From: Pararhodonellum marinum
GTDB lineage: Bacteria; Bacteroidota; Bacteroidia; Cytophagales; Cyclobacteriaceae
DNA length: 64,000 bases
Reading direction: 5' to 3'
Assembly: GCF_015354735.1 (NCBI RefSeq)
Contig: NZ_JACEFJ010000019.1
Location: forward strand, 17,093-81,092
Shown: positions 49,227 through 60,054 of the stretch, piece after piece
Layout: every line of letters begins with the position of its first letter
Numbering within the stretch: position 1 is the stretch's first letter
Made by a program: the position numbers and the translations under genes
The notes under the pieces: model-generated
The model's database searches: none
Told to the model about the DNA's origin: nothing
The model's input: only the letters and a program-made list of their open reading frames with translations

Positions 49227-49372
49227 TTTTTGCATAGTTATTTTCAAGGTTTGCTATTTTTTTAACATATCATGGAATAATTATATGGGGAAAGCCATGT
49301 TTTGAAAAGCATTAATCACCTATAAAAAAAGGTTGACCAATCAACTTTAGGCTCGTTTCGAACCTGCTTTTT

Positions 49373-49966
49373 TCAAAGACTCCACGAATTACCAATCTCT
49401 TCCAAAGGCACACAACCCCTGTACTCTCCCGGAATGGGATCGTAGTTCAGATGGTTTTTGCCTATTTCCTCCGACGAGAAATAAGCCCACAAAGCCATCG
49501 ATTTCAAAGAGCGGTAAAAACCCACCGGTGGCTGTTCTCCCACTGTGGTTCCCCAAACTTTCCCGTTGAATTTTGGAGATGACATTTCTGCTTTTTGCAA
49601 AGCCTTTATCTTGTCTTCCTCTTTTAAGTCGGTAAATACTTTTCCAAACTCGGCTTTGATGGCTGCATTGAACTGATCGATATCATTTTTCACCTTTTCC
49701 TGTGCTTTTCCATCGTAGGTTTTTGCAAAAACCGCATCCAAAAAGATATCCGTTTTCACATCCAATGCGCCAGGGGTGTCGGTTTTTGGAAGTAAGGTAT
49801 CTACAAATGCAGATACAAATCGGGCTTGCTCTTCATTGAGGAAAAGTGGTTTCCAGTCCAGCCTGGATTGTTTGTTGCAGGATTGCAGTAGCGATAACAG
49901 GGTAGGAGTAGCTATAGCAGAACCAGCCAATACCAAGGTGTTTCTTAATGCGTTTCTTCTATTCAT
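49373..49966 (-). CDS. Gluconate 2-dehydrogenase subunit 3 family protein (Tat-signal small subunit)
   Basis: Twin-arginine signal MNRRNALRNTLVLAGSAIA. It sits 4 nt downstream of a GMC oxidoreductase. Confidence 0.65.
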   Translation of the reverse strand: MNRRNALRNTLVLAGSAIATPTLLSLLQSCNKQSRLDWKPLFLNEEQARFVSAFVDTLLPKTDTPGALDVKTDIFLDAVFAKTYDGKAQEKVKNDIDQFNAAIKAEFGKVFTDLKEEDKIKALQKAEMSSPKFNGKVWGTTVGEQPPVGFYRSLKSMALWAYFSSEEIGKNHLNYDPIPGEYRGCVPLEEIGNSWSL

Positions 49967-49969
49967 GGC

Positions 49970-51676
49970 TTAAAGATTCATTTTTTTCAATTCGGAAACC
50001 GCATGGTCAGCTGCCCTTGCTGTAAGTGCCATGTAGGTGAGTGATGGGTTGACACAAGATGATGAGGTCATGCATGCCCCATCAGTGACATACACATTTT
50101 TGCAGCCATGCACCTGATTGTTTCCGTTGAGCACGGAAGTTTTGGCATCTCTTCCCATGCGTGCAGTTCCCATTTCGTGGATGCCAAATCCGGGTTCATG
50201 TTGGTTGTCAAAATCAAGAATGTCTTTCAACCCGGCTCTTTCCAGCATTTCTTTGGCATCTTCCCTGATCTGCTTGTTCATGGCTTTTTCATTTTCCTTG
50301 AATTCCGCATCAATCGAAAGGGTAGGCTGTCCCCATTTGTCCAGCACGCCTTTGTTTAGGGAAACTTTGTTGTCATGATAAGGGAGGCATTCTGCAAATC
50401 CGGTAATGAAAAATTCCCATGGGCCCGGCTTCATCAACCGGTCTTTAAAGTCCGCTCCAAAATCATCCATATTGGCACCTGCGCCCCAGCCTGCACGGCC
50501 TGCACCGCCTTGGTAACCAAATCCCCTAAGGAACTTGTCCGATTTGGTTTGCTCATCCAAATTGACATACCGAGGAATATAAATGCCGTTCGGCCTTCTT
50601 CCACTGTAATATTGGTCTTCATACCCCTCAAATTTACCCATAGCCCCTACGCGGTAGGTATGGTCCATCAGGTTATGTCCCAATTCACCACAGTCATTGC
50701 CCATACCTTCCGGGAACCGGTTGGAGGTGGAATTCAGCAGAATCTGCGTACTGCTCAAAGCTGAGGCATTGCAGAAGACGACTTTTGCATAATATTCTAT
50801 TTCCTCATGGGTTTCGGAATCTATGATCCTGACTCCTTTGGCTTTTCCCTTTGATTCATCATAGATGATCGATTGTACAATGGAAAACGGCCGGATGGTT
50901 AGGTTGCCTGTAGCGTTGGCAGCGGGTAGGGTGACCGCATTGCTGCTGAAATAGGCCCCATAGGGACAGCCTCTGTCGCATCGGTTTCTGTATTGGCATT
51001 TGCCTCGGCCATTGAGCGGTACGGTCAAGTGGGCTGCTCTGCCAATGATCAAATGTCTTCCCGGATAATCCTTTTCCAATCTGTTTTTGATATCCTTTTC
51101 GACACAATTCAGCTCCATGGGGGGAAGGAAGTGACTGTCAGGGAGGTGAGGAAGCCCTAAGGCTTCGCCGCTGATTCCGGCAAATTTCTCCACATAAGTG
51201 TACCAGGGTGCTAGGTCCTTGTAGCGGATCGGCCAGTCCACCCCATGTCCATCCTTTGCATTGGCTTCAAAGTCCAGGTCTGATAATCGATAACACTGCT
51301 TTCCCCACAAAAGTGATCGGCCACCCATCTGATGGGCCCTAACCCAGAGAAACGGTTTGACTTCTGTATATGGATTTTCCTGGTCATTGGCATGAAAATG
51401 CTCATTGGTCTCTCCAATGAAACCGGACCGAATCCCTTTATAATGCTTTTCTTGCAGCTCAGGACTGATTGAGCCTCTTAATTCCATGTCCCATGGGTCA
51501 AGGTTCATGGTTGGATAATCTTTTACATGCTCTACCAGTCGGCCCCTTTCCAAGACCAGGGTTTTCAATCCTTTTTCGCAGAGCTCTTTAGCAGCCCAGC
51601 CACCGCTGATGCCGGAACCTATGACTATGGCGTCATAAGTTTGGTTACTTTTTGCGTCTATGTTAAAATTTGCCAT
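49970..51676 (-). CDS. GMC family oxidoreductase (FAD-dependent)
   Basis: The N-terminal FAD motif DAIVIGSGISGGWAAKEL. The C-terminal GMC region with His (NQHEPGFGIHEMGT). Confidence 0.8.
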   Translation of the reverse strand: MANFNIDAKSNQTYDAIVIGSGISGGWAAKELCEKGLKTLVLERGRLVEHVKDYPTMNLDPWDMELRGSISPELQEKHYKGIRSGFIGETNEHFHANDQENPYTEVKPFLWVRAHQMGGRSLLWGKQCYRLSDLDFEANAKDGHGVDWPIRYKDLAPWYTYVEKFAGISGEALGLPHLPDSHFLPPMELNCVEKDIKNRLEKDYPGRHLIIGRAAHLTVPLNGRGKCQYRNRCDRGCPYGAYFSSNAVTLPAANATGNLTIRPFSIVQSIIYDESKGKAKGVRIIDSETHEEIEYYAKVVFCNASALSSTQILLNSTSNRFPEGMGNDCGELGHNLMDHTYRVGAMGKFEGYEDQYYSGRRPNGIYIPRYVNLDEQTKSDKFLRGFGYQGGAGRAGWGAGANMDDFGADFKDRLMKPGPWEFFITGFAECLPYHDNKVSLNKGVLDKWGQPTLSIDAEFKENEKAMNKQIREDAKEMLERAGLKDILDFDNQHEPGFGIHEMGTARMGRDAKTSVLNGNNQVHGCKNVYVTDGACMTSSSCVNPSLTYMALTARAADHAVSELKKMNL

Positions 51677-51939
51677 ATAATTATTTCCGGAACAAGATAA
51701 AAAAAGTTGGGAAATTGATGCTTATCTGAAAATTTATTTCCATTAAAAATGGACATTTATCAACGTTCAACACCAATTTACCTCCCTTGGGTACTTTAGG
51801 AAAGGTTCCGATCCATGCTTTTTACCATGAAAAATGCAAATACTCCTTTTACCCATCCCCAATTTCCTGCAATCCTGTATTTATGGCTTAGTATTCAGTC
51901 GGCGTTGACGACTTTGCCTGCTGAATACATTTCAAACTT

Positions 51940-53013
51940 ATGTTCAACATGAAAAAGTCATTGATTTTAACCTTGATGCTGTTTTTTTCAGCTGTTCTTA
52001 TTTTACAGGCACAGGAATTCAAGTGGAAAAAACTCCAAACGGAAGCCTATCCGGGCAAACAGGATGACATTGCTTTTATAAATCCCCTTCAGGGTTGGTA
52101 TGTGAATGGGGCCGGGAACATTTATCATACAGAGGATGGAGGAGTAAGTTGGGTCAAGCAATGGGAGAAAAAAGGTACCTTTTTTAGAACCATTGCTTTT
52201 GTGGATGAAAACATCGGATTTGCAGGGACAGTGGGTACGGACTATTTCCCGAATGTAAGTGATACCATTCCCCTTTATGGCACCCAAGACGGTGGCAAAT
52301 CCTGGCATCCGGTGGCTTATTCCGGTCCGTATGTCAAAGGGCTATGTGCCATCGACATCGTGAGGGAACAATACATCAATCATGGCAAGACTGATTACAA
52401 AGTCCACCTCTTTGCGGTAGGAAGGGTGGGAAGCCCCGCCAATTTGCTGGTTTCCCATGATGGGGGAGCCACTTGGACCTCACAAAGTCTGCAGGAAAGC
52501 GGCAAAATGCTTTTTGACATCAAAATGTTTGATAAAAATACCGGGATCGCCTGCAGTGCAAGTGATGAGGACATCAGCAAGTCTAACGCCTTGATTTTGA
52601 AAACCATTGACGGAGGAAAAACCTGGTCGAAAGTCTATCAGTCAGACCGCCCATTGGAAATCACCTGGAAGGCCAGTTTCCCCACTGAGCAGATTGGCTA
52701 TGTGACCATCCAATCCTATGATCCCAACAATACCCAACAAAGGATCGCCAAAACTACAGATGGCGGTAACACCTGGAAAGAAATGGATCTCTGGGAGGAT
52801 GCAGGAGCAAGGGAATTCGGGATTGGCTTTATCGATGAACTGCATGGGTATGTGGGAACGGTAAACAGTGGTTTTGAAACCCGGGATGGGGGGATGACAT
52901 GGGAAAAAATTGACTTGGGCATGGCCTGCAACAAGATTCAAATCTACAAAGAAGAACAAAAAACCTATGGATATGCCATCGGGGTGGATGTGTTCAAATT
53001 GACCGCTGAATAA
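51940..53013 (+). CDS. BNR/Asp-box repeat beta-propeller protein (Ycf48/sortilin-like), secreted
   Basis: Signal peptide. Six S/T-x-D-G-G-x-S/T-W Asp-box repeats (TEDGGVSW, TQDGGKSW, HDGGATW, TIDGGKTW, TTDGGNTW, TRDGGMTW). Confidence 0.6.
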   Translation: MFNMKKSLILTLMLFFSAVLILQAQEFKWKKLQTEAYPGKQDDIAFINPLQGWYVNGAGNIYHTEDGGVSWVKQWEKKGTFFRTIAFVDENIGFAGTVGTDYFPNVSDTIPLYGTQDGGKSWHPVAYSGPYVKGLCAIDIVREQYINHGKTDYKVHLFAVGRVGSPANLLVSHDGGATWTSQSLQESGKMLFDIKMFDKNTGIACSASDEDISKSNALILKTIDGGKTWSKVYQSDRPLEITWKASFPTEQIGYVTIQSYDPNNTQQRIAKTTDGGNTWKEMDLWEDAGAREFGIGFIDELHGYVGTVNSGFETRDGGMTWEKIDLGMACNKIQIYKEEQKTYGYAIGVDVFKLTAE

Positions 53014-53136
53014 AACCTAAAGAATAAAATAGACCCAATTTAATTTTTTTTAGCAAGTTGCTTTTCCCAAGGAAGGCGGTCGGTTGATTGTATCAACTGA
53101 CTGTTCTTTTTTCTCTCTATTATATGGATTGAAAAA

Positions 53137-54282
53137 TCAGGGTATTATTTCCTTCAATGCTGCCTTTAAAAAGGCCGGTTTGTTCACGGCATTCATGATC
53201 CTTAAATCCGACCACAAATGGCTGTCTTCATCCAAGAAACCCAGAACCACTGAGGGAGGGAGTTTGCTGAACAAATCGTTGAATATGGTCCAAGCTGGGA
53301 TCTTTTGGTCTTTCAATACGCGCAAAAATATCGAATCAAATAATTTGAATTTGGGTATCAGAGATGTAGTCCCGTGGAGTGGGTCTCTGTGAAGGGCAAG
53401 GTTGTTTACGATGGTTTGGCAGTATTTCTGAATAAAGCGGAAGGTATAGCCGGTGGAGGGCTTTGAATTGCCTCCGGCGGTACCGATATTGATGATGTGT
53501 TTTCCTTTCCTTTTTGCCAGTTTGGCATTGGACATGGGAATGATCCCGAATTCCCTTTCCTTAATTTCAAAATCCTTGATGCCCATTTCCTTGCTGATGT
53601 AATTTTGAAGAAAGACATCATAGGCATCCTTTTCCAACAAAGTCTCACTAAAAAGGGTATACTCAATTAGGGCATAAGTCGGGCTCAGGGGTAGGATATA
53701 AATAAAGCTGCACCCATCGGTCTGTGGAATCCTGAAGTCCATCATCACCGGTTTTTCAGGATTGAATTGTTCTTCCTTTGTGCTGATGTACCAGCCTTTA
53801 AAATGTTGCAATAGGTGGCTGGAGGAGGGTTTTATGTCAAAGGCATACATCACACTGTTGAAAATGTATGAGGCTTTATATTGCCCATTTTCAGTATTCA
53901 CCCTGTCTTTATCCATAACTGTGACCTTATCGAGCAGGAACGTTACATTGGCATGTTCCTTAATCAATCCATGGCCATAATGGTAAAAATCCCTGCTTCT
54001 AAGCAATTTATACTGGTACGGTCCTATGTCCATCAGCTTGCTGAATGCAGGAGAGTGGAAATAAAGTCGGCTCCACTTTTTGGTCAAAAGGGATTCAAAG
54101 GCTCCTGCTTCTTTTTCCCAAAAACACCAGGTCCTGTCATTGGCGTTTTTTTCGGATTGATCGATCAGCAGGATCTTTTTGCTACGGGTCTTGGGCTCTG
54201 CCAATAAGTAATGAAGAAGACTCAGGCCAGAAGCCCCTGCACCCAAAATGATATAATCATAGTCTTTTTTGATCTCCGTCAT
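53137..54282 (-). CDS. Lycopene cyclase family protein (CrtY-type, FAD/NAD-binding)
   Basis: The N-terminal dinucleotide-binding motif DYDYIILGAGASGLSL. The length (~380 aa) and overall pattern are typical of CrtY-type cyclases. Confidence 0.6.
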   Translation of the reverse strand: MTEIKKDYDYIILGAGASGLSLLHYLLAEPKTRSKKILLIDQSEKNANDRTWCFWEKEAGAFESLLTKKWSRLYFHSPAFSKLMDIGPYQYKLLRSRDFYHYGHGLIKEHANVTFLLDKVTVMDKDRVNTENGQYKASYIFNSVMYAFDIKPSSSHLLQHFKGWYISTKEEQFNPEKPVMMDFRIPQTDGCSFIYILPLSPTYALIEYTLFSETLLEKDAYDVFLQNYISKEMGIKDFEIKEREFGIIPMSNAKLAKRKGKHIINIGTAGGNSKPSTGYTFRFIQKYCQTIVNNLALHRDPLHGTTSLIPKFKLFDSIFLRVLKDQKIPAWTIFNDLFSKLPPSVVLGFLDEDSHLWSDLRIMNAVNKPAFLKAALKEIIP

Positions 54283-54504
54283 TGACCCGTGAAATTAAGA
54301 TTTAATTGTGAAAATAAAACCGGCACCGACATCAATGGGAAACTGATGGGGACGAAAAAGGTTAATCTGCGCAGGGTAAAGTTTTACATATCCCCGTTAT
54401 TTCTACAGCCAATTTTCAGTATTTGAATGGTGAAGAGTTGTTTCAGCATAGCAAAATCAAGGAAACAGGCTTCACAGGCTTTTCCTTACAGCAAGTAATC
54501 ACAT

Positions 54505-55149
54505 TCAATAGGTCAATTCTACTGATTTTCTTTCCTGATTCATATCCCAAAACTTCTCGGCAAGTATTTGCGGTGAATGGGTTTTGCTATCGGGGGACAC
54601 CTCGCCTGATACCGTTAAAGTTCCCACATAAATTCCTTTGCTTTTTAAAGCATCATGAAGTTGAAAAGCCATGCTTCTGATTCCCGCTTTGCTCAAGGAA
54701 ATGGATCCCATGGCAGCATTGGGGTATTTGGATGTGCCACCCCCTGTCAATAGGACAGAGCCCTGATTGGCTTGCAGATCCGCTAAAAGCGCTTTGGTGG
54801 CCTCTAAGGCGTTTGCTACGCCGATAAGAAAACTTTTGGAGAGGGATTCTGCAGACTCCTCCAATAAAGGGATCATCCTGGCATCGACTGCATTGTAATG
54901 AAGGACATGGATCTGGGGCAATTTTTCTCTCAGTTTACCCAATGCGGTCAAAAGCTGAGAAGTATCGGATAAATCGGCAGTTTCGAACTCGGATTTTATT
55001 GCTGCCTTAGAAAGTAATTTTTGGTATTGACCCAGTTTATCGGCATTCCGGCTGATCATCCCGATCTGATAGCCTGCCTTGCCAAAGCGTTCTGCCATAC
55101 CAAAACTGAGTCCGGGCCCCATTCCAATGATGATCATCGTTTTTTTCAT
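54505..55149 (-). CDS. SDR-family NAD(P)-dependent oxidoreductase (short)
   Basis: Gly-rich N-terminus IIGMGPGLSFGMAERF, with downstream S...Y/K-like positions. Confidence 0.55.
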   Translation of the reverse strand: MKKTMIIIGMGPGLSFGMAERFGKAGYQIGMISRNADKLGQYQKLLSKAAIKSEFETADLSDTSQLLTALGKLREKLPQIHVLHYNAVDARMIPLLEESAESLSKSFLIGVANALEATKALLADLQANQGSVLLTGGGTSKYPNAAMGSISLSKAGIRSMAFQLHDALKSKGIYVGTLTVSGEVSPDSKTHSPQILAEKFWDMNQERKSVELTY

Positions 55150-55554
55150 AGCACAAGAAAAGTTTGATTTAATTTTTTCGAAATTATCGATACAAAAGCC
55201 AAGTTAAAGTTCCGAAAGGTCATTTCCAACCAACTTTTTAAAATTATATTTTATGGAAATAAGTCTGTTTTTTTCTGCAGGAGAAAATTTAAAACACTGC
55301 TTCTTTTGCCAGTTTTAAGGAATTGTTAAAAATCCGGATAGATGTGTTTTATTTTAGGAGAAAGAAAATTTCGAATTTTAACCATAGCAATGGGTTTGGT
55401 CTGTATTACTTACTTTTTTGGATAAAATTTTATAACTTAAGCCATCGGAAAATCCAAAATTGACCCCACTGATCTTTCTGTGAAACGCTTATACTGCTGG
55501 AAAATTCACAGATTATTGACGAATAATATATCCAATCTATAAACCTCACCCGTC

Positions 55555-56010
55555 ATGACCACATCTTTTATTCTGAATGGCAAAAAAGTCGAAGTGACAG
55601 CGGCATCTGATGCCAACCTGTTATGGACACTGAGAGAAAGACTCCAGCTGACAGGAACCAAGTATGGCTGTGGGGCTTCTTTTTGTGGCACCTGCACGGT
55701 GCACTTGGAAGGAAAGCCCATCAAAGCTTGCGTAACCCCCTTGTCAGCCGTGGAAGGCAAAGAGGTATTGACCATAGAGGGGCTGTCCGAAAACAGGTCC
55801 CATCCGCTTCAAATTGCTTGGATAGAAGAACAGGTGCCTCAATGTGGCTACTGTCACTCGGGGCAAATCATGCAGGCAGCCGCCTTGCTCAAAGCAAACC
55901 CCAATCCCAGTAGAGAAGAGATCCTCTCCCACATGAATGCAGTATTGTGTAGATGCGGAACTTATCCCAGAATTATGAAGGCCATCGAAAAAACCATCCA
56001 AAATACCTGA
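55555..56010 (+). CDS. (2Fe-2S)-binding protein, small subunit of a molybdenum hydroxylase (IorA/aldehyde-oxidoreductase type)
   Basis: Two cysteine clusters: [11 protein letters not shown] and [10 protein letters not shown] ... CRCGTY. Confidence 0.85.
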   Translation: MTTSFILNGKKVEVTAASDANLLWTLRERLQLTGTKYGCGASFCGTCTVHLEGKPIKACVTPLSAVEGKEVLTIEGLSENRSHPLQIAWIEEQVPQCGYCHSGQIMQAAALLKANPNPSREEILSHMNAVLCRCGTYPRIMKAIEKTIQNT

Positions 56011-56012
56011 TC

Positions 56013-58175
56013 ATGGAAACGCCAATCAAAGAAAATAAAATATCAAGAAGGAAATTCCTGAAGAGAGGAGGAGGGATAACCTTCCTAATTGCAGCGGCAG
56101 GGGTTCCGGTATGGGGATTGCGAAACCATGAAAAAGAGACCAACCCTGGTCAAATTACCGCTTGGGTGCATTTGGATGAAAACGGCACGATTACCATTTA
56201 TAATCCCGCTGCGGAAATGGGACAAGGTACCATGACCGCTTTGGCGGCCATTGTGGCAGAAGAAATGGATGCAGACTGGAGCATGGTCAAAATTATGGAT
56301 GCACCTGTAGAACCTGAGATCTACGGTATAGGCTGGGGAGGCGAAAGAGGAGGTAGCATGCTTACAGTAGGAAGCCGTTCAGTCAGTGGCCATTACAGAA
56401 ATCTCCGGCAATCCGGCGCACAAGCCCGGTATGTGCTGCTGCACAATGTGGCCAGAGAGTGGAAGGTGGATATCAAAGAACTTACTACCCAAGAAGGCCA
56501 TGTGATACATAGCAAAAGCAACAGGAAAATATCCTATGGCGAGATCGCTGGATTTATCCAATTGCCGGAGGAGTTGCCCGAAATTCCTGAAAGTGAATGG
56601 AAAGACCCCAAGGATTTCAGGTTGATAGGCAAGGAATTCCAGAGAAAAGATATTCCTGAAAAGGTTGATGGAAGTGCCGTTTTCTCCACAGATATCATGG
56701 TCCAAGATATGGTTTACGGAGTAGTATCCCGCTCCCCGGTCAATGGATCCAAGCCTGAGTTGAAAAATGAATCCGAGATAAAAGCCTTGGATGGCATGCT
56801 GGGTGTTCTGATGCTGGACCATGGGATCGGATTGGTGGCGGACAGCATGGAGTCCGTGCTCAAAGCGAAAAGAAACTGTCAGATAAGCTGGAACGGAAAT
56901 CCCAAAGCCCTGGGTCACAACAGTAGGGAAGCATACGAGGATTACAATAAGATGGCGGAATCCGACAGTTCAGGTAACATTATTACCAGTTCGGGGAATT
57001 TGCGTAACGAATTGAGCCTATCAGATAAAATCATCAAAGCAGACTATAAAAACGATTATGTCTATCATGCCCAGATGGAACCGCTCAATGCTGTGGCCCA
57101 TGTGAAAGCGGACAGAGCGGAAGTTTGGGCAGGAACCCAGGCTGCAGATGGCACCAGAAAGGCCATTGCCGATCATTTAAAAATTCCTCTGGAGTCGGTC
57201 AAGCTCCACACCTGTTTTTTGGGTGGTGGCTTCGGGAGGAGGTCTATGACTGATTATGTTCTGGAAGCGGTGGACTTGTCCAAAGCCATGGGTCGTCCTG
57301 TGAAGTTGCAATGGACCAGGGAGGATGACATTCAATTTGGTGCATTCAGACCCATGTCTCTTCAGTGCATGGAGGCAGGCATAGACCAAAAGGGTAAAAT
57401 CAACGCATGGAGGCATGTGGTCGTCGGTACGGGTGGAGGTCTGCTTGGATCTGGAGCGGACATCCCATTTTATGACATCCCCAACAAACACATTGAAGTG
57501 AGAAACATAGACCATGGCATCCGAACCAAACATTGGCGGGCAGTGGGCCATGGGCCAAATAAATTTGCCATAGAAACCTTTTTGGACGAAATAGCTGTAG
57601 CCCAAAAACTTGATCCATATCAGCTGAGAAGAGAGCTGATGAAAAACCACCCAAGGGCGCTTAAGGTTCTGGATACTGCAGCAAAAATGGCTGATTGGGG
57701 AGGCAAAGTGCCTGAAGGAAGGGCTAGAGGCATTGGCTTTGCCGAAAGAAGCGGGACTTTGGCTGCCGGGGTCTGTGAAATATCTTTAAACAGAAATACG
57801 GGAAAAATCAAAGTACATAAAATATGGGGGGCCATGGATGCCGGTGTGGTGGTCCATCCCCAAAATGCCAAAGGTCAGATGGAAGGTGCTTTGGTGATGG
57901 GACTGTCCAGTGTGCTCAATGAGAGCATAACCTTTAAAGATGGCCGTGTGGAACAATCCAATTTCAACAATTATCCCCTGCTGAGGATGGAAGATTCACC
58001 TGAGGAAATAGCAATTGAAATCATTCCTTCGACCGAACCCCCAGCGGGAATAGGGGAGGCGGGTCTGCCGTTTATGGGTGCGGTGGTTTCCAATGCCTTT
58101 GCTTCATTGACCGGAAAGCGACTCCGACACATGCCCTTTACACCGGAGAAGGTGAAGGAAGTATTGGCCTCTTAA
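56013..58175 (+). CDS. Xanthine dehydrogenase family molybdopterin-binding subunit (IorB-like), Tat-exported
   Basis: Twin-arginine signal SRRKFLKRGGGITFLIAAAG. Large MoCo-binding domain motifs (GGGFGRR, ...E..). Start at the ATG at 56013, 3 nt after the small-subunit stop. Confidence 0.85.
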   Translation: METPIKENKISRRKFLKRGGGITFLIAAAGVPVWGLRNHEKETNPGQITAWVHLDENGTITIYNPAAEMGQGTMTALAAIVAEEMDADWSMVKIMDAPVEPEIYGIGWGGERGGSMLTVGSRSVSGHYRNLRQSGAQARYVLLHNVAREWKVDIKELTTQEGHVIHSKSNRKISYGEIAGFIQLPEELPEIPESEWKDPKDFRLIGKEFQRKDIPEKVDGSAVFSTDIMVQDMVYGVVSRSPVNGSKPELKNESEIKALDGMLGVLMLDHGIGLVADSMESVLKAKRNCQISWNGNPKALGHNSREAYEDYNKMAESDSSGNIITSSGNLRNELSLSDKIIKADYKNDYVYHAQMEPLNAVAHVKADRAEVWAGTQAADGTRKAIADHLKIPLESVKLHTCFLGGGFGRRSMTDYVLEAVDLSKAMGRPVKLQWTREDDIQFGAFRPMSLQCMEAGIDQKGKINAWRHVVVGTGGGLLGSGADIPFYDIPNKHIEVRNIDHGIRTKHWRAVGHGPNKFAIETFLDEIAVAQKLDPYQLRRELMKNHPRALKVLDTAAKMADWGGKVPEGRARGIGFAERSGTLAAGVCEISLNRNTGKIKVHKIWGAMDAGVVVHPQNAKGQMEGALVMGLSSVLNESITFKDGRVEQSNFNNYPLLRMEDSPEEIAIEIIPSTEPPAGIGEAGLPFMGAVVSNAFASLTGKRLRHMPFTPEKVKEVLAS

Positions 58176-58330
58176 AATTAATCGAAAGCAAACTAAGTCC
58201 GGCTTATCGTGGTCTGAAAATAAAGATTCTTTGTGATGTCAAAAAATATAACCGAACGTTTTTTAACTTGTAAATGGGTTTGGTTCCGTTCAACTTTTAA
58301 TGATCAATCGAATCCGTTCATGATACTTTT

Positions 58331-60025
58331 ATGATAAAAACCATCTCGACCCAAGTCGCCCTTTTATTGCAAAATAAACCGGAAAGAAGAAATCTGAAGC
58401 TGCTGTTTAAATTTGTGATGGCGCTGGTGGTGCTGGTGGTGATTTTTTCCTTCATTTTTCACCTCCTGATGCTCCGAGAAGGGCGGACTTTTTCTTTTCC
58501 GACTGGATTTTATTGGACCTTAACCGTCATGTCTACGCTGGGTTTTGGAGACATCACCTTCAATTCTGACTTGGGTAGGATGTTTTCACTGGTAGTACTG
58601 TTGTCCGGTATGCTTTTTTTGCTGGTGATGTTCCCCTTTACCTTTATCAATTTCTTTTATTCTCCTTGGATGAAAGCCCAGGAACAGGCCAAAGTTCCCA
58701 AAGCTTTGCCCGATGATATAGAAGGTCATGTCATTCTGACCCGTTTTGGACCGGTGACAGAAGCGTTTATCAAAAAATTAAACCGCTACCACTACCCCTA
58801 CGTGGTGCTGGTACCTGATTTGGCCGAGGGTCTACGATTGAGAGAATTAGGAATCAAAGTCATGTTGGGAGACTTGGATGACCCGGACACTTACCGCAAA
58901 CTGCAAATCGGTAAAGCAGCCATGGTGGTCACTACCGAAACGGATGTCATTAATACCAATGTGGCTTTTACCGTGCGGGGGTTAAGCAAAGATGTGCCCA
59001 TCATTTCTTCCTGTAATGCTGAAGCTTCCGTGGATATTTTAAAGTTGGCCGGAAGCAACCACGTGCTCCAACTTGGTGAAATCATGGGGCTTTTTCTTTC
59101 CAGAAGGGCCAATGCCGGGGATGCCCGTGCCCATGTGGTCGGCCGTTTTGAAGAATTGTTGATTGCTGAAGCTTTGGTCACTGGATGTTCACTGGTAGGT
59201 CTAACACTAAAGGAAACTAAACTGCGTCAGGAAATCGGTGTCAGTGTGGTGGGGATTTGGGAGCGGGGCAAGTTCCAGGCCGCCCACCCCGATACCCTGA
59301 TTTCACAAAGCACCGTTTTGGTTTTGGCTGGTTCCGCTGCCCAAATAGATCTTTACAACCAAACCTTTGAGGTTAAAACAAGCTTCAGTGCGCCTGTAGT
59401 AATCTTAGGCGGAGGAAGGGTAGGCCGGGCAACAGGAAGGGCTTTGCTTGCGCGAAATCTGGATTACAGGATTGTAGAAAAAGACCCCCTTAGAGTCAGG
59501 GATAATTCCAAAACCATTGTAGGGGATGCTGCAGAATTGGAAGTTCTGAAGGCAGCAGGAATTGATGATTCACCCTGCGTGATCATTACCACACATGATG
59601 ATGAAGTAAATGTATATCTTACTATATATTGTAGATTATTAAGACCTGATATACAAATCATTACAAGATCTACATTAGAAAGAAATTTAAGCAATATGCA
59701 CCGTGCCGGGGCTGATTTTGTGATGTCTTATGCCACCATGGGAGCCAATACCATCCTCAACCTCCTTCAGCGAAGCAATGTACTGATGGTGGCTGAGGGA
59801 CTGGATTTGATCCGTGTCAGGGTACCCAAGCAGCTTTCAGGGAAAACCATTGCAGAATCATCCATCAGAAAAGAAACCGGATGTACCATCATCGCCATCC
59901 ACACGGGAGAAGGCATACAGATCAATCCAGAGCCGGATATGATTCTGACAGAAGATACTGAAATCATCCTGATCGGCACCGTCGCCTCCGAAAATGAATT
60001 TTTTAAGATTTACGGCTCAGATTAA
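58331..60025 (+). CDS. Potassium channel protein with two cytoplasmic RCK/TrkA domains
   Basis: Two TM helices flanking a pore helix and a TLGFGD filter. Two Rossmann-like RCK_N motifs (VILTRFGPV.., VVILGGGRVGRATG) plus TrkA_C-like segments. Confidence 0.75.
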   Translation: MIKTISTQVALLLQNKPERRNLKLLFKFVMALVVLVVIFSFIFHLLMLREGRTFSFPTGFYWTLTVMSTLGFGDITFNSDLGRMFSLVVLLSGMLFLLVMFPFTFINFFYSPWMKAQEQAKVPKALPDDIEGHVILTRFGPVTEAFIKKLNRYHYPYVVLVPDLAEGLRLRELGIKVMLGDLDDPDTYRKLQIGKAAMVVTTETDVINTNVAFTVRGLSKDVPIISSCNAEASVDILKLAGSNHVLQLGEIMGLFLSRRANAGDARAHVVGRFEELLIAEALVTGCSLVGLTLKETKLRQEIGVSVVGIWERGKFQAAHPDTLISQSTVLVLAGSAAQIDLYNQTFEVKTSFSAPVVILGGGRVGRATGRALLARNLDYRIVEKDPLRVRDNSKTIVGDAAELEVLKAAGIDDSPCVIITTHDDEVNVYLTIYCRLLRPDIQIITRSTLERNLSNMHRAGADFVMSYATMGANTILNLLQRSNVLMVAEGLDLIRVRVPKQLSGKTIAESSIRKETGCTIIAIHTGEGIQINPEPDMILTEDTEIILIGTVASENEFFKIYGSD

Positions 60026-60054
60026 AAGGTAAAAACCAAAAGATAAAAGGGAAC

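Noticed and set aside
49321-49350. Weak stem-loop AAAAAAAGGTTGACCAATCAACTTT downstream of the XRE regulator and the gluconate-2-DH subunit gene as a terminator
   Set aside because: The stem is only 5 bp and AT-rich. It could function in either direction but is too weak to call.
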